From contig CBDCJO010000002.1 in assembly GCA_965217865.1 (NCBI GenBank), forward strand, positions 3,552,001-3,616,000: a DNA stretch of 64,000 nt, in the 5' to 3' direction. This DNA comes from Candidatus Latescibacterota bacterium. GTDB lineage: Bacteria > Latescibacterota > UBA2968 > SICM01. The position numbers were made by a program, and so were the translations under genes. Positions 19,588 through 29,639 of this stretch are shown piece after piece (position 1 is the first letter of the stretch; each line of letters opens with the position of its first letter). Below the pieces are notes generated by a model. It was not told the origin of the DNA. It ran no database searches and saw only the letters and a program-made list of their open reading frames with translations.

Positions 19588-21420
19588 CCCCTATACAAGC
19601 GTGAATTTTTCTTGGTTTTAGTAGAGAAAAGTTGAAATGCCCCAGTTTTCAGGCCTATAGTTGTAGTATGAAAGACAAAAAGAGGCCATCAAAAAGGGGC
19701 ATTTCAGATGAGAGAATACAGGAAGATTCTTCGGAACAGGGAAGCACGAATTGTCCGTCGTTTGCGTCGGAAGCAGTGGTGCAGTCAGGTCAAGCCTATG
19801 ATGTCTGGGGGAAACATCCACTACGAGATGAGTGGGAAGGCCGAGGCGATCACGTGTGGGGGGATCGGCGCGTTTCACCACATGGTCCGCAGGGTTGGGC
19901 TGGTGAAAGAGATTGACCGTCATCTTCATCTTTTGAAAGTGCATTTGCCCTATCACGAATCAGACCACGTTCTGAACATCGCCTACAATGCGCTGGTTGG
20001 TGGTCAACGCCTTGAAGACATTGAGCTGCGCCGGCAGGATGCCACGTTCCTGAACGCTTTGGGCGCTCAGCGTCTCCCGGATCCGACCACAGCAGGCGAC
20101 TTTACACGTCGTTTCCGGCCATCGGATATCGAGACGTTGATGGATTGCATCAACCGGGTGCGCACCCGGATCTGGAAAAAGCGCGCCAGGGGCGAACTCA
20201 AAGAAGCCCTCATCGACATCGACGGCACCCTGGCCACCACTCTCGGAGAACGCAAGCAGGGCATGGCCCTGTCATACAACGGTATCTGGGGATACCATCC
20301 TCTCGTGGTCTCTCTGGCGAACACCAGGGAGGTGTTGTTTCTTGTGAATCGACCCGGCCATGTGCCCAGCCACGACGGTGCCGTAAAGTGGATCGATCGC
20401 GCCATCGCGCTGGTCGCCCCTTTCGCCAAACGCATCTGCCTGCGCGGAGACACCGGCTTCTCACTCACCCGGCACTTCGATCGTTGGTCGGAAAAGGTCG
20501 ACTTCGTCTTCGGCATGGATGCTTACAGAGGATTGGTCAAGATCGCCAAATCCCTGTCACAGAGCGATTGGGAGCCCTTTGAACGACAACCCAAATACCA
20601 GGTCAAAACCTCCCAGAGACAGAAACGCGAGAACGTGAAAGCCCGGATCATCCGGGAGCGCGGCTTCAAAAACATCCGACTTGCCAGTGAACGTGTTGCC
20701 GGGGTTTCGTATCGTCCTGCTCGATGCAAGAAGACCTGTCGACTCGTGATCCTCGAAAAAAACCTGAGCGTCGAACGCGGCGAAAACGCCCTGTTCGATG
20801 ACAAGCGCTGTTTCTTCTACATTACCACCCGAAAAGATCTTACGGCCGCGGAAATCGTGAGGCTGGCCAATCGACGGTGCGATCAGGAAAACGTGATTGA
20901 ACAACTCAAGAACGGGGTCAACGCCATGCGGATGCCCGTCGACAACCTGATGAGCAACTGGGCTTACATGGTCATGACCGCCCTGGCGTGGAACCTCAAA
21001 GCCTGGTTCGCGTTGATGATCCGAAAGCGTGAGCGTCGCGATCAACTTCTGAGAATGGAGTTTCGCGCCTTCCTCCAGAATCTGATCTGGATCCCTTGCC
21101 AGATCGTGACCCGGGGAAGACAGATCATCTATCGTGTCTTGGGCTACAACCGGTGGATGACTGACTTCTTCCCGGCCTGGAACAGAATCAGATGGCTCAA
21201 ACCGGCCTGACTGCCATGTCAGCACCTGTCGTCGTAACATCACAGGGACAAGTCCGTCCACCCCGGCTAAAACACGTCCGCAAACTCAGTTAATTAGACA
21301 ATCGCATGCCGAAACAATCACAAAAACAGCCCAGACATCATCTCCACCAAGTCACAAGTCTGAAATGCTCCGAAATCTTGTATAACACACCGCTCAACAA
21401 GCCTATTCGCTTATTTTAGG
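19588..21420 (+). mobile_element. IS1380-family insertion sequence
   Basis: Flanked by ACTAG at 19583-19587 and 21421-21425, with weak IRs CCTATACAAGCG / CGCTTATTTTAGG. Confidence 0.8.
19708..21210 (+). CDS. IS1380-family DDE transposase
   Basis: PDPTTAGDF, IDIDGT, GYHPL, LRGDTGF, RCDQENVIEQLKNG motifs. Confidence 0.93.
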   Translation: MREYRKILRNREARIVRRLRRKQWCSQVKPMMSGGNIHYEMSGKAEAITCGGIGAFHHMVRRVGLVKEIDRHLHLLKVHLPYHESDHVLNIAYNALVGGQRLEDIELRRQDATFLNALGAQRLPDPTTAGDFTRRFRPSDIETLMDCINRVRTRIWKKRARGELKEALIDIDGTLATTLGERKQGMALSYNGIWGYHPLVVSLANTREVLFLVNRPGHVPSHDGAVKWIDRAIALVAPFAKRICLRGDTGFSLTRHFDRWSEKVDFVFGMDAYRGLVKIAKSLSQSDWEPFERQPKYQVKTSQRQKRENVKARIIRERGFKNIRLASERVAGVSYRPARCKKTCRLVILEKNLSVERGENALFDDKRCFFYITTRKDLTAAEIVRLANRRCDQENVIEQLKNGVNAMRMPVDNLMSNWAYMVMTALAWNLKAWFALMIRKRERRDQLLRMEFRAFLQNLIWIPCQIVTRGRQIIYRVLGYNRWMTDFFPAWNRIRWLKPA

Positions 21421-21823
21421 ACTAGCGGAGTGGCATGAATTTCAGAACAGCGAGAAAGTCGAGCCGGCCTATAAGCAGTTGCTGACCCGGCATTCCCCCG
21501 AGCGCCTGAGCAAGTCATTCCCGAACTTTGACCCTGTTTTCGATTGGTGGCTAGGATGAAGTGAAACAGTGATTTTCTATGACATCTCCTCCCTTGACGG
21601 AGAAATCACTTCCTCATTACTCACTTTTTCAATCATCAAAAATTCCCCAATTTATTTCCCAAACTTGATGCCACTATGGCTCTGGATATTCGAATAGATG
21701 ACCAGTTTCGTCTTGTCTCATCGGTGCTACTTTTAACGAAGTTTGTTGACGAAAACATGGCTGGAAGAAAACCTCACAAGCTGCGAATCCAGACATTGAA
21801 ACATCTGGGTAGACCGTCTGTGC

Positions 21824-22095
21824 CGTGCCGCCCGTTTTGTGGAGGTCGCGTCCCCCCCTTTTCCCGGATTCAGAAAGAAAGTCGCACACGGGCCGGATCT
21901 GTGCCCTCAACGCTGTCTCGAGGTGTCTCGAGCCACTGTCTCGCCACTGACCCACGCCAGAAATCTCCCAACGGAATCAAATTCCACAAGTTTTCATCCC
22001 TCAATCGCCATGAGCCACCTTGCGCCCTCAAAACCTGGCGATCTGTTTCCCGGAGAAGGACTTGAAAGGTCGGAGGCGGTCGCCACTGTCTCACG
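21824..22095. repeat. ~260-bp direct repeat, copy 1
   Basis: Nearly identical to 23260-23512, from CGTGCCGCCCGTTTTGTGGAGG to CGCCACTGTCTCACG. This copy has a short internal duplication. Confidence 0.92.
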
Positions 22096-22269
22096 GCCAG
22101 CAGGTGATCCCTTTGCCGGGAGCGTTTTGGAAAGATTCTGGAGAACTGCGCGTTCGAAGGACACGCATGTGCGACGGAGGGCTATCCACCTAATATCCCT
22201 GTGGCTCGGAAGCGCCTGGAACCCAGCGGCGCTTTTCGACCTTGGAGGACTTCTCCGTCGTCGCTACTC

Positions 22270-22298
22270 TTGACACTCGTTGCGATTACCGTTATGTT
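22270..22298 (+). promoter_or_regulatory. Sigma70-type promoter of higBA
   Basis: TTGACA-17 bp-TATGTT about 30 bp upstream of the higB ATG. Confidence 0.65.
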
Positions 22299-22329
22299 TA
22301 ACGTAACGCATATTCCGGGCATATTGGCA

Positions 22330-22614
22330 ATGATCGTCAGCTATCGCGACAAGCGAACTACAGACTTCGCCGCCGGAAAACGGGTCAAGGCCTTTTCCGG
22401 TATCGAACAAGCTTCACTGCTAAAGATTGACCGGCTTGAAGCGGCAACAGCGCTTCAGGATCTTGCCGCTTTGCCCGGCAACCGTTTCGAAGCACTCAAA
22501 GGTGATCGCAAAGGCCAGTACAGCATCCGCATCAACGACCAGTGGCGGATTTGCTTCGAATGGCCTAAAGGATCCCCCGGACCCGAGAATGTAGAGATTT
22601 TTGATTATCACTAG
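22330..22614 (+). CDS. higB: HigB (RelE-family) toxin
   Basis: MIVSYRDK...LPGNRFEALKGDRKGQYSIRINDQWRICFEW...VEIFDYH. Confidence 0.93.
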   Translation: MIVSYRDKRTTDFAAGKRVKAFSGIEQASLLKIDRLEAATALQDLAALPGNRFEALKGDRKGQYSIRINDQWRICFEWPKGSPGPENVEIFDYH

Positions 22615-22624
22615 GAGAACCGCT

Positions 22625-22924
22625 ATGACCGTGCTCGCAATCCATCCCGGTGAACATCTCGCCGAAGAACTGAAAGAACTCAATATGAGCGCAGCAGCGC
22701 TTGCGCGCAAGCTTAAAATCCCTACGAACCGCATCACCGAGATTCTGAACAGCAGTCGAGCCATCACCGGCGATACGGCCCTGCGCCTGGCCCACTTCTT
22801 CGGCACCAGTGCGGAATTCTGGCTCAACCTGCAAAAACTCTACGAGCTGCGCCTTGCGGAGAAGAAAGCCAGCAAGACGATCAAGGCCCTGCCGACCCTT
22901 AAAAGTGAACACGCCCATGCCTGA
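22625..22924 (+). CDS. higA: HigA antitoxin (HTH)
   Basis: IHPGEHLAEEL...ITGDTALRLAHFFGTSAEFWLNLQKLYEL, directly after higB. Confidence 0.93.
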   Translation: MTVLAIHPGEHLAEELKELNMSAAALARKLKIPTNRITEILNSSRAITGDTALRLAHFFGTSAEFWLNLQKLYELRLAEKKASKTIKALPTLKSEHAHA

Positions 22925-22987
22925 AACCTCGCTGCGGAACGCCTCGAACACTGAAAGGCAGGCTTATCATGAGCGGATACGAAATTG

Positions 22988-23190
22988 GAGTTGCCCCGGT
23001 TTAGCGGACGGTTTATCAGTTGCGATTCAGTCGGCTGCAAGGGCGACATCGCTGGAGGTCTTCTCGAAGTTCATTGGAGAGAGATATCCGAGTGCTGAGT
23101 GTCGCCGATGGAGGTTGTACCAGCCCTCGATGTATTGAAATACGGACATCCGGGCTTCGGCCTGTGTGCGGTAGTTTCGGCGACCCAGGC
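22988..23190 (-). pseudogene. IS3-family transposase C-terminal remnant with terminal IR
   Basis: EARMSVFQYIEGWYNLHRRHSALGYLSPMNFE and an IS3-like end GAGTTGCCCCGGTTTAGCGGAC. Confidence 0.8.
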
Positions 23191-23259
23191 GTTCGCCCCG
23201 ATCACGAGTGAGGTCCCGGGCCGCAAATCCACGGGACCGGGACCTTCTCACTTCGCCCA

Positions 23260-23512
23260 CGTGCCGCCCGTTTTGTGGAGGTCGCGTCCCCCTTTTCCCG
23301 GATTCAGAAAGAAAGTCGCACACGGGCCGGATCTGTGCCCTCAACGCTGTCTCGAGCTCGCCACTGACCCACGCCAGAAATCTCCCAACGGAATCAAATT
23401 CCACAAGTTGTCATCCCTCAATCGCCATGAGCCACCCTGCGCCCTCAAAACCTGGCGATCTGTTTCCTGGAGAAGGACTTGAAAGGTCGGAGGCGGTCGC
23501 CACTGTCTCACG
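23260..23512. repeat. ~260-bp direct repeat, copy 2
   Basis: Matches 21824-22095. Confidence 0.92.
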
Positions 23513-24177
23513 CCATAGTCCCACACGGACAGACGGCAAATTGGGGGCGACAGCCGAGCCCCCACTGGAGTTCGGGGTTCCATGCCCAGGCGCATATCTT
23601 GAACTGCTGCGCGTTCACAACCCCGCGCCGCCACCGATGATTTCATCAAGCAACCCTCCCTCTCCCGCTCCAGGGCCAGGACATCGGCGCGGAAGTTATG
23701 ACTGACGAACAGAGAATGGTTCCGGGGAGAGGATCATATGGGGAGCCATATTCCCATCCGCCAACTTAGGCGGTCGTCCGTTAACGCCAGACCCCGTGGG
23801 GCAACCCCTTCGGGGTCTTGTCGTTTCTGCCGTATTCACAAACGCTTATGCCATCTTTCCCCCTCTTTGCAAATTCTCTGTTTCGAAGCGCTCCACCCGA
23901 GATTGCAAGCGCAACCGTGGGGGCTGCGTCCGTTGAGCAGAGATATCTCCTCCGGATTCTCCGATTCTCTGTTTTTTCAGTCGGCCTTGTTTAACAGCCC
24001 GGTTGCATCCGGGCGGCCGGTTTCGACGTTTTGGAAGGTCCTCCGGTACATATCTGCTGGAAGTCGGGCCCGGTGGGTCCGGTCACAGCTTACGGCAACT
24101 CACCGGACAGCGTAGCGGCCCTTGCGCCCGGAATCGTAGCCGGCGCAAGCCCCCCAGTCCGAACCGTTATCAGCAAG

Positions 24178-24662
24178 AAAGTTTTCAAACCTTGCTGAAT
24201 GAATTCGACTTCCAGTTAGCGCAGATCGAAAAGCAGACGAACCTGCTGAAGGAACTTTCAAAAAGCGATGGATATGGGGATCGCGTGGAGATCCTGACCT
24301 CTACACCAGGTATCGGTTGGATCAGTGCCCTGGAGCTCCTGTTGGAGCTCCAGGACGTCGCACGATTTCGAAATGCCGATCAGTTGGCCGCTTATGTCGG
24401 CTTAACGCCTTCACAATATTCGTCTGGGGAAAATCTCCGGTTTGGACACATCACGCGTCAGGGCAAATCCAGCTTGCGGGGCCTGTTGGTTGAGGCTGCT
24501 TGGCGAGTCATCAAAAAAGATGGTGGGATGAGAGAAAAGTATGACCGGATCAAAACTCGGGCCGGCGCCAAACGAGCTATTGTCGCGATTGCCAGGATGC
24601 TCATCATCCGGCTTCGACGGATCCTGATTCACAAAGAACCCTATGTTCTGGGACTGATTTAA
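24178..24662 (+). pseudogene. IS110-family transposase, C-terminal half
   Basis: STPGIG, RFRNADQLAAYVGLTPSQYSSG, ITRQG, RGLLVEAAW, AIVAIAR. No N-terminal DEDD domain is seen. Confidence 0.88.
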
Positions 24663-25357
24663 GCCTAACAACTGCCCGCACCCTTTTTAACCCCCTCTCT
24701 CGGTCCGGAGGGAGGAACGGCGTTGTCATCCTTGAAGAGCTTTAGTTTACTCCGTCGCTCAGTGTGCCGAATCCTCTCCCAAATCCTCCGGATCGATAAC
24801 TTGGGGCGCTTCGTGTGACCTCGAATAGTAGGCTGGTTGGGTTTGAAAGCGGTGAGGCAATGTGGGGCGTTTTGGGCTCAAGATCATCGACCTCGGAGCC
24901 GGACATTCCAGCGCGAGCGAGACGCTCTGCTGGAAACGGTTCAGAAGATATTTAAATTTGCTTTTGCAGATACAAAGGAAGATATTGCCTGGAACTGAAA
25001 AGACAATTGAAATTGAATTAGGCATATCTGTTGTGGAAGTTGTTGCGATAAAAGGAAAATCAAAGTCCAAGATAACCCTTGGTCAAAAGTGATTTTGACC
25101 TATGATGATGTGAAGCTGATTTTCAAAGAGGACAAGTTAGTGGATGCTCAGTAGAGGCACCTACGATTTCCCGATTTGGTGCTGGTTTTCGTCCAAAGTG
25201 CTGGATGCCGTCAAGAGCAATATTAATAAATACTGCCGGGTGTGCCCAGGTTTCTGGAAGGCAGGATCGGTTGAGAGCAACTGCCTCAAGGAACGCCTGT
25301 TGGGAACCGGGTGGCCGCGATCCTGAAGCGAAAACGATGCAACACGTGAAACAGGCC

Positions 25358-27412
25358 ATGGACTACCTGACCTGGAATGAGATCATAGCACGGCATTTTT
25401 TCACGCCCGAGAAGGCAGGAAAGGAAGTGCTGCTCTATGTGAATGAGCCGCTCATTGCGCGGTTAGGTGTGCCCTTCCATGCCGGGCTCGCCGAATTTGT
25501 ACAGGCTGTAAAACAAGGACCGGTTTGGACAACACGTTCAGGATTCTGCCAAAAGGCTCTACAGGCTTTCGAGGGCTGGCGAAGCAGGGGATTCGATTTC
25601 CCTCCTTATGTCGCCTACCTGGCATTTTTCGTGCTGGCAGCGGGCCGGGAAAGCGACTTTGCGGCCCACGCGTATTACCCGAGGCTGCGGGAATTGCTCG
25701 GCGAACCGGGTGAAACCAGGGCTCCAGCTTCGTTCGACCGGATGATCGATCTATGGGATGACCTGGAGAAATGGAGTAGGGAAGACAAGCATGAAACCCT
25801 GGGCCGGTTTGAGGCCAGGATCCGGGGGGGATGGTGGAAGGTCGGATTGCCTCTTTCGCAAACTCTCATCTCTGAAGATGAACGGAAGCATCTTCCGGTG
25901 CTATTCAGCAGGGAAAGTCTCGATCCCTCCGACATCCCTTCCCCTGAAGTCATATTGCGTATTCTCCGGAGGTCAGGCAGCACACTTCTGGAAAGGCGCA
26001 CATTCAGACTGCTGAATAGCGATCACATGGATGACACTGTGCTTCGCTCTGCGCTTGCGAACATGGTCACTGAGGAACTCGAGGAATGGGACGGCACGGT
26101 CACCGGAGCCGGGGAAACAGAGGATCAAACGGAGACCCGCCAGATACGCACGGGTCTCCGTATATGCCTGGCATTTGACCCATTCGCGAATACCGTCAGC
26201 TGCCGGGTGCGGACCAAGTCGGCAAGAATTTTTCCGGAAGATGGCCTGAATTTTGTCCGTGACGGCGATCCGCACTGTTGGTCCTGCACGGAGATATCCC
26301 AGGGCTGGTCAAAGGTTCTAAGGGACCACAATTCAGAACCGCGTGCTACTTTGGACGGAGCCGCCCTCGATTGGGCAGCGGGTGAGCGGTTTGCCGATGT
26401 GGAGAACCAGTGGCAAGCGGCACTCCGGAAAGCCACAACGAGGGTTTTTATCCCCGGAAGGTATGAAGTTTTGCCTGATTGGATTGAAAAGCAGCGGCTT
26501 GAGCACAATAGGGGGTTTTTGATTGCAAGCTGCGGTGGGGATCTCGAAAAGGTCAGGGCATGGGGGAGTTCAAGCTGTGCGGAGTTCGAAGAACACCATG
26601 TCTCAGGATTGCCGGAAGGATGGGTTCTCTTCTCTGGAAAGAATGCCCAGGCGCCATGCCCAGGCATCGACGTATTGGCAGTGTCCTCCTCAATCCGGTT
26701 GCTAATCAGGGGAGGGATCAAATCCGGTACTGGTAATGCATATTTGAAATTCGCCCCGCCTTACGTTGTTGTTGATAACAGCCGTGGTGACGAGAAGGTA
26801 ACAGTTAACGGCGGAGAACTGGATGGAGAGGGCGAAGTTGGCCATGTGTGGTATCTGCCAGATGATGCCCCGGTAGGTGAATCACTCCGCATCGAGGTCC
26901 GTTCTAACGGCGAGGTTTTCAGGCGCGTGTTGAGGTTAGAAGAGCCTGAACTGCCGCCCCGGTCAAGCTACAGCCAATGCGGAAGAAATGCGTATGGTGA
27001 GCTGTGCCATGGCGAATCACCTCAGCAGGCTTCCGGGGGAACCGTCCACTTTCCTGCCGGGACAAGTGCTCCTGCCTATCCCGGTGAACTGCCGCTCCAT
27101 TTATCTTCGCGGATTGTATTCGTTGGTGAGAGGCCAGGTGAAATATGCGACTGGCCGGGGGAGGCACTGCCTTCGTGGTCTCCGGTTTGGGCGATAGCCA
27201 GGATATCGCGGAAGCAGGCGAGGTTGACCTTCTGCGGAACTGCTGACCAGGCAAAGTGGAACTATTCCCGGCCGGTTCCTTTGCCTGACCGGAGACTCGT
27301 GAAGAGATGGAAACAGGCAACCTGGTACCGGAGAAGAAACATCATTCAGCCGGATCTTGGCCGGCTCAAGGATCTGTGGTGTGAATACCTGGAGGTGGCT
27401 AGAAATGTCTGA
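25358..27412 (+). CDS. Large hypothetical protein, Druantia DruF/DruH-N-like
   Basis: About 684 aa from MDYLTWNEIIARHFF. First gene of an overlapping three-gene operon ending in a DruE-like helicase; identity inferred from context. Confidence 0.6.
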   Translation: MDYLTWNEIIARHFFTPEKAGKEVLLYVNEPLIARLGVPFHAGLAEFVQAVKQGPVWTTRSGFCQKALQAFEGWRSRGFDFPPYVAYLAFFVLAAGRESDFAAHAYYPRLRELLGEPGETRAPASFDRMIDLWDDLEKWSREDKHETLGRFEARIRGGWWKVGLPLSQTLISEDERKHLPVLFSRESLDPSDIPSPEVILRILRRSGSTLLERRTFRLLNSDHMDDTVLRSALANMVTEELEEWDGTVTGAGETEDQTETRQIRTGLRICLAFDPFANTVSCRVRTKSARIFPEDGLNFVRDGDPHCWSCTEISQGWSKVLRDHNSEPRATLDGAALDWAAGERFADVENQWQAALRKATTRVFIPGRYEVLPDWIEKQRLEHNRGFLIASCGGDLEKVRAWGSSSCAEFEEHHVSGLPEGWVLFSGKNAQAPCPGIDVLAVSSSIRLLIRGGIKSGTGNAYLKFAPPYVVVDNSRGDEKVTVNGGELDGEGEVGHVWYLPDDAPVGESLRIEVRSNGEVFRRVLRLEEPELPPRSSYSQCGRNAYGELCHGESPQQASGGTVHFPAGTSAPAYPGELPLHLSSRIVFVGERPGEICDWPGEALPSWSPVWAIARISRKQARLTFCGTADQAKWNYSRPVPLPDRRLVKRWKQATWYRRRNIIQPDLGRLKDLWCEYLEVARNV

Positions 27413-28421
27413 CCAGCTGGTCTATGCCATGAGCACGAGAACCAGCGTGAGCCTGGTACAGTTCAACGACATCTTTAAGAAGGTATATACGCATGGACAG
27501 ATTTACGAGGATGAACTGGTTGACATTGACCTACGCAGGCAAACTATCCGTTCCCTCGACTCCCTCGGCTACTGCGAGTTCGACTTTCCCCGTCGCACAG
27601 TTCACATGTGCCCGCCGTGCCTGCTCCTCCTCCCCGGACGGGGGACCCCCAGAGCGGTGTTTGCCGGGGCGAGGACACCGTCGCTGATAAGCAGACTCAA
27701 AGAAGCGGTCCGCACGCGGGGAAAGCAAGCCCTGATATCCCAGATGCCGCAAAGCAATGGAAACATTAATATCCCTGCAACGATTATAATTGAGGCAATA
27801 GACAAGGAAACACTCGCAGAGATTGGAAGTGATGCGGCCATAGAAACTGACCTTGACCAGCCAGCAGCGTGGAAGCTTACGCACATTACTGTATCCGTCG
27901 ATGACGTGATGGAATCACTGCGGTTTGACGAAATGCAAGAGCCTAACTGGCCCCGAAGGGTTTTCCGGAAAGACCGATTGGTATTCAGCAGAACCACAGA
28001 ATCGCACCAGGATAGAATTGAGCTCGCAGAATATACGAGTCCGGTTGATCAGCAGCGTAGACACTGGCTGTGGGATGGCGAAAGAGCTGCCGGGGTGGAA
28101 CGGGATTGGGGAAGGTACATTGCCCTCTCAAGCGAAGAACGCAACGTCATGCTTTACCACGAGCGATGCCGGAGGCTCGCGGTTCCGGTGACGGTCCCGT
28201 TGCCTTGCCTTCTCTCCCGGGCTCTTGCTCTGTGTTCCGGAAACATTCCCGTCTCTTCAAAAGCTGGTGAAGCGCCTGTTGCTTCGATACCCGCAGGTCA
28301 TCCTCTGCACATCTACACGGATATCCCCGCCGGAATTGCTGAGCTTGCGGCTGCAAAGCTTCAACAGCGGCTCGTTCCAGTTGATTTGGAGAACATCAAC
28401 AATGGGGTGAGCAATGGTTGA
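27405..28421 (+). CDS. Hypothetical protein, Druantia DruG/DruH-C-like
   Basis: RBS GGAGG, 8-bp overlaps with both neighbours, motifs LDSLGYCEFD, AGART and PLPCLLSRALALCSG. Confidence 0.6.
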   Translation: MSDQLVYAMSTRTSVSLVQFNDIFKKVYTHGQIYEDELVDIDLRRQTIRSLDSLGYCEFDFPRRTVHMCPPCLLLLPGRGTPRAVFAGARTPSLISRLKEAVRTRGKQALISQMPQSNGNINIPATIIIEAIDKETLAEIGSDAAIETDLDQPAAWKLTHITVSVDDVMESLRFDEMQEPNWPRRVFRKDRLVFSRTTESHQDRIELAEYTSPVDQQRRHWLWDGERAAGVERDWGRYIALSSEERNVMLYHERCRRLAVPVTVPLPCLLSRALALCSGNIPVSSKAGEAPVASIPAGHPLHIYTDIPAGIAELAAAKLQQRLVPVDLENINNGVSNG

Positions 28422-29639
28422 TCCAGTAGACGCATTCGAAAAGATACGGGACAATTTTATCCTGTACGTAAAGACGGCTTTTGGAACGCGGTTTCCCACT
28501 TTAGAGGCAAAACGGGAACAGCTCTTGAGGCAATTGCGGGTCCTGAACCAGGAACCGTGGCTTGAACCCTTGCCAAGTTACGAGAGTTCGGGAAGGACGA
28601 TCAGCACGCTTTCAAACGATGATCTTCCCGGGATGAAGACCCGCCAGATAGAACTCTTCAAAGGATTGGTTCAGTGCGGGCTGTTCGGAACCCAAGAGTT
28701 GTATCTTCATCAAACAGAGATGATGAGACGGGCGTTGAGCGGCCGTAATTGCGTTGTGACCGCCGGAACAGGATCCGGCAAAACGGAGGCATTCCTGCTG
28801 CCACTGTTCGCGCAACTTGCCAAGGAAATCCCCGGGTGGAGCCGGCCTGACGATCCACACCCGAACGCAAATGACTGGTGGAGAAACCGGGACTGGAAGA
28901 ACCAATGCAAACCCGGATCGACGCTTCAGCGTTCATACAGGATCCCGCAGAGGGGCTACGAAACGAGATCCGCAGCAGTGCGCGCGCTTATCCTCTATCC
29001 AATGAATGCATTGGTGGAAGACCAGCTGACCCGTTTGAGAAAGGCTCTTGATTCAGATGACGCAAGAGAGTGGTTTGAACGACAAAGCCCTGGAAACCGG
29101 ATTTACTTTGGAAGATACAACAGCACAACACCGGTTGCGGGTCATGAACTGCTGCAAAGCGGGCGGCCGGACAGGGACAAAATTGATAAGCTTCTGGACC
29201 GAATGAAAGAGGCTGATCAAGCTGCGGAAGCTGCCCGGGAGCGCACAAACGGGAATGGAGATGGAGAAGAGGTTATTCATTTTTTCCCCAGGATAGATGG
29301 TTCGGAGATGAGGAGCCGGTGGGACATGCAGGACAGCCCGCCTGATATTCTCATCACCAACTATTCCATGCTTAGCATAATGATGATGCGCGAAGGCGAT
29401 GACCGGATATTCGAGCGGACCAGGGCTTGGCTTGCTTGTGAAGACATCCCGGAGGAACGCCGCGAAGAGAAAAAGCAGTACAGGGTCTTTCATCTCATTG
29501 TCGATGAACTCCACCTATACAGGGGCACCGCGGGTGCTGAAGTGGCCTATCTTCTGCGGTTACTCCTATACCGGCTGGGTTTGCAACCTGACCATCCACA
29601 GTTGCGGATCCTGGGATCCAGCGCGTCCCTTGAGGCTAT
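28414..29639 (+). pseudogene. druE: DruE-like DEAD/DEAH-box helicase truncated by an IS
   Basis: LYLHQ, AGTGSGKTEAF, ALILYPMNALVEDQLTRLR, PPDILITNYSML, IVDELHLYRG, SSASL, then the IS. Motifs IV-VI are absent. Confidence 0.7.

Noticed and set aside
21421-21675. Continuation of the 19344 gene after IS1380, or a separate MITE
   Set aside because: The frame stays open for about 45 codons, but the region also ends in an IS4-like terminus (AAACTTGATGCCACTA). The two readings cannot be separated without a search.
24003-24720. Intact IS110 bridge-RNA element
   Set aside because: Only the C-terminal half of the transposase remains and element ends or a structured RNA could not be defined.
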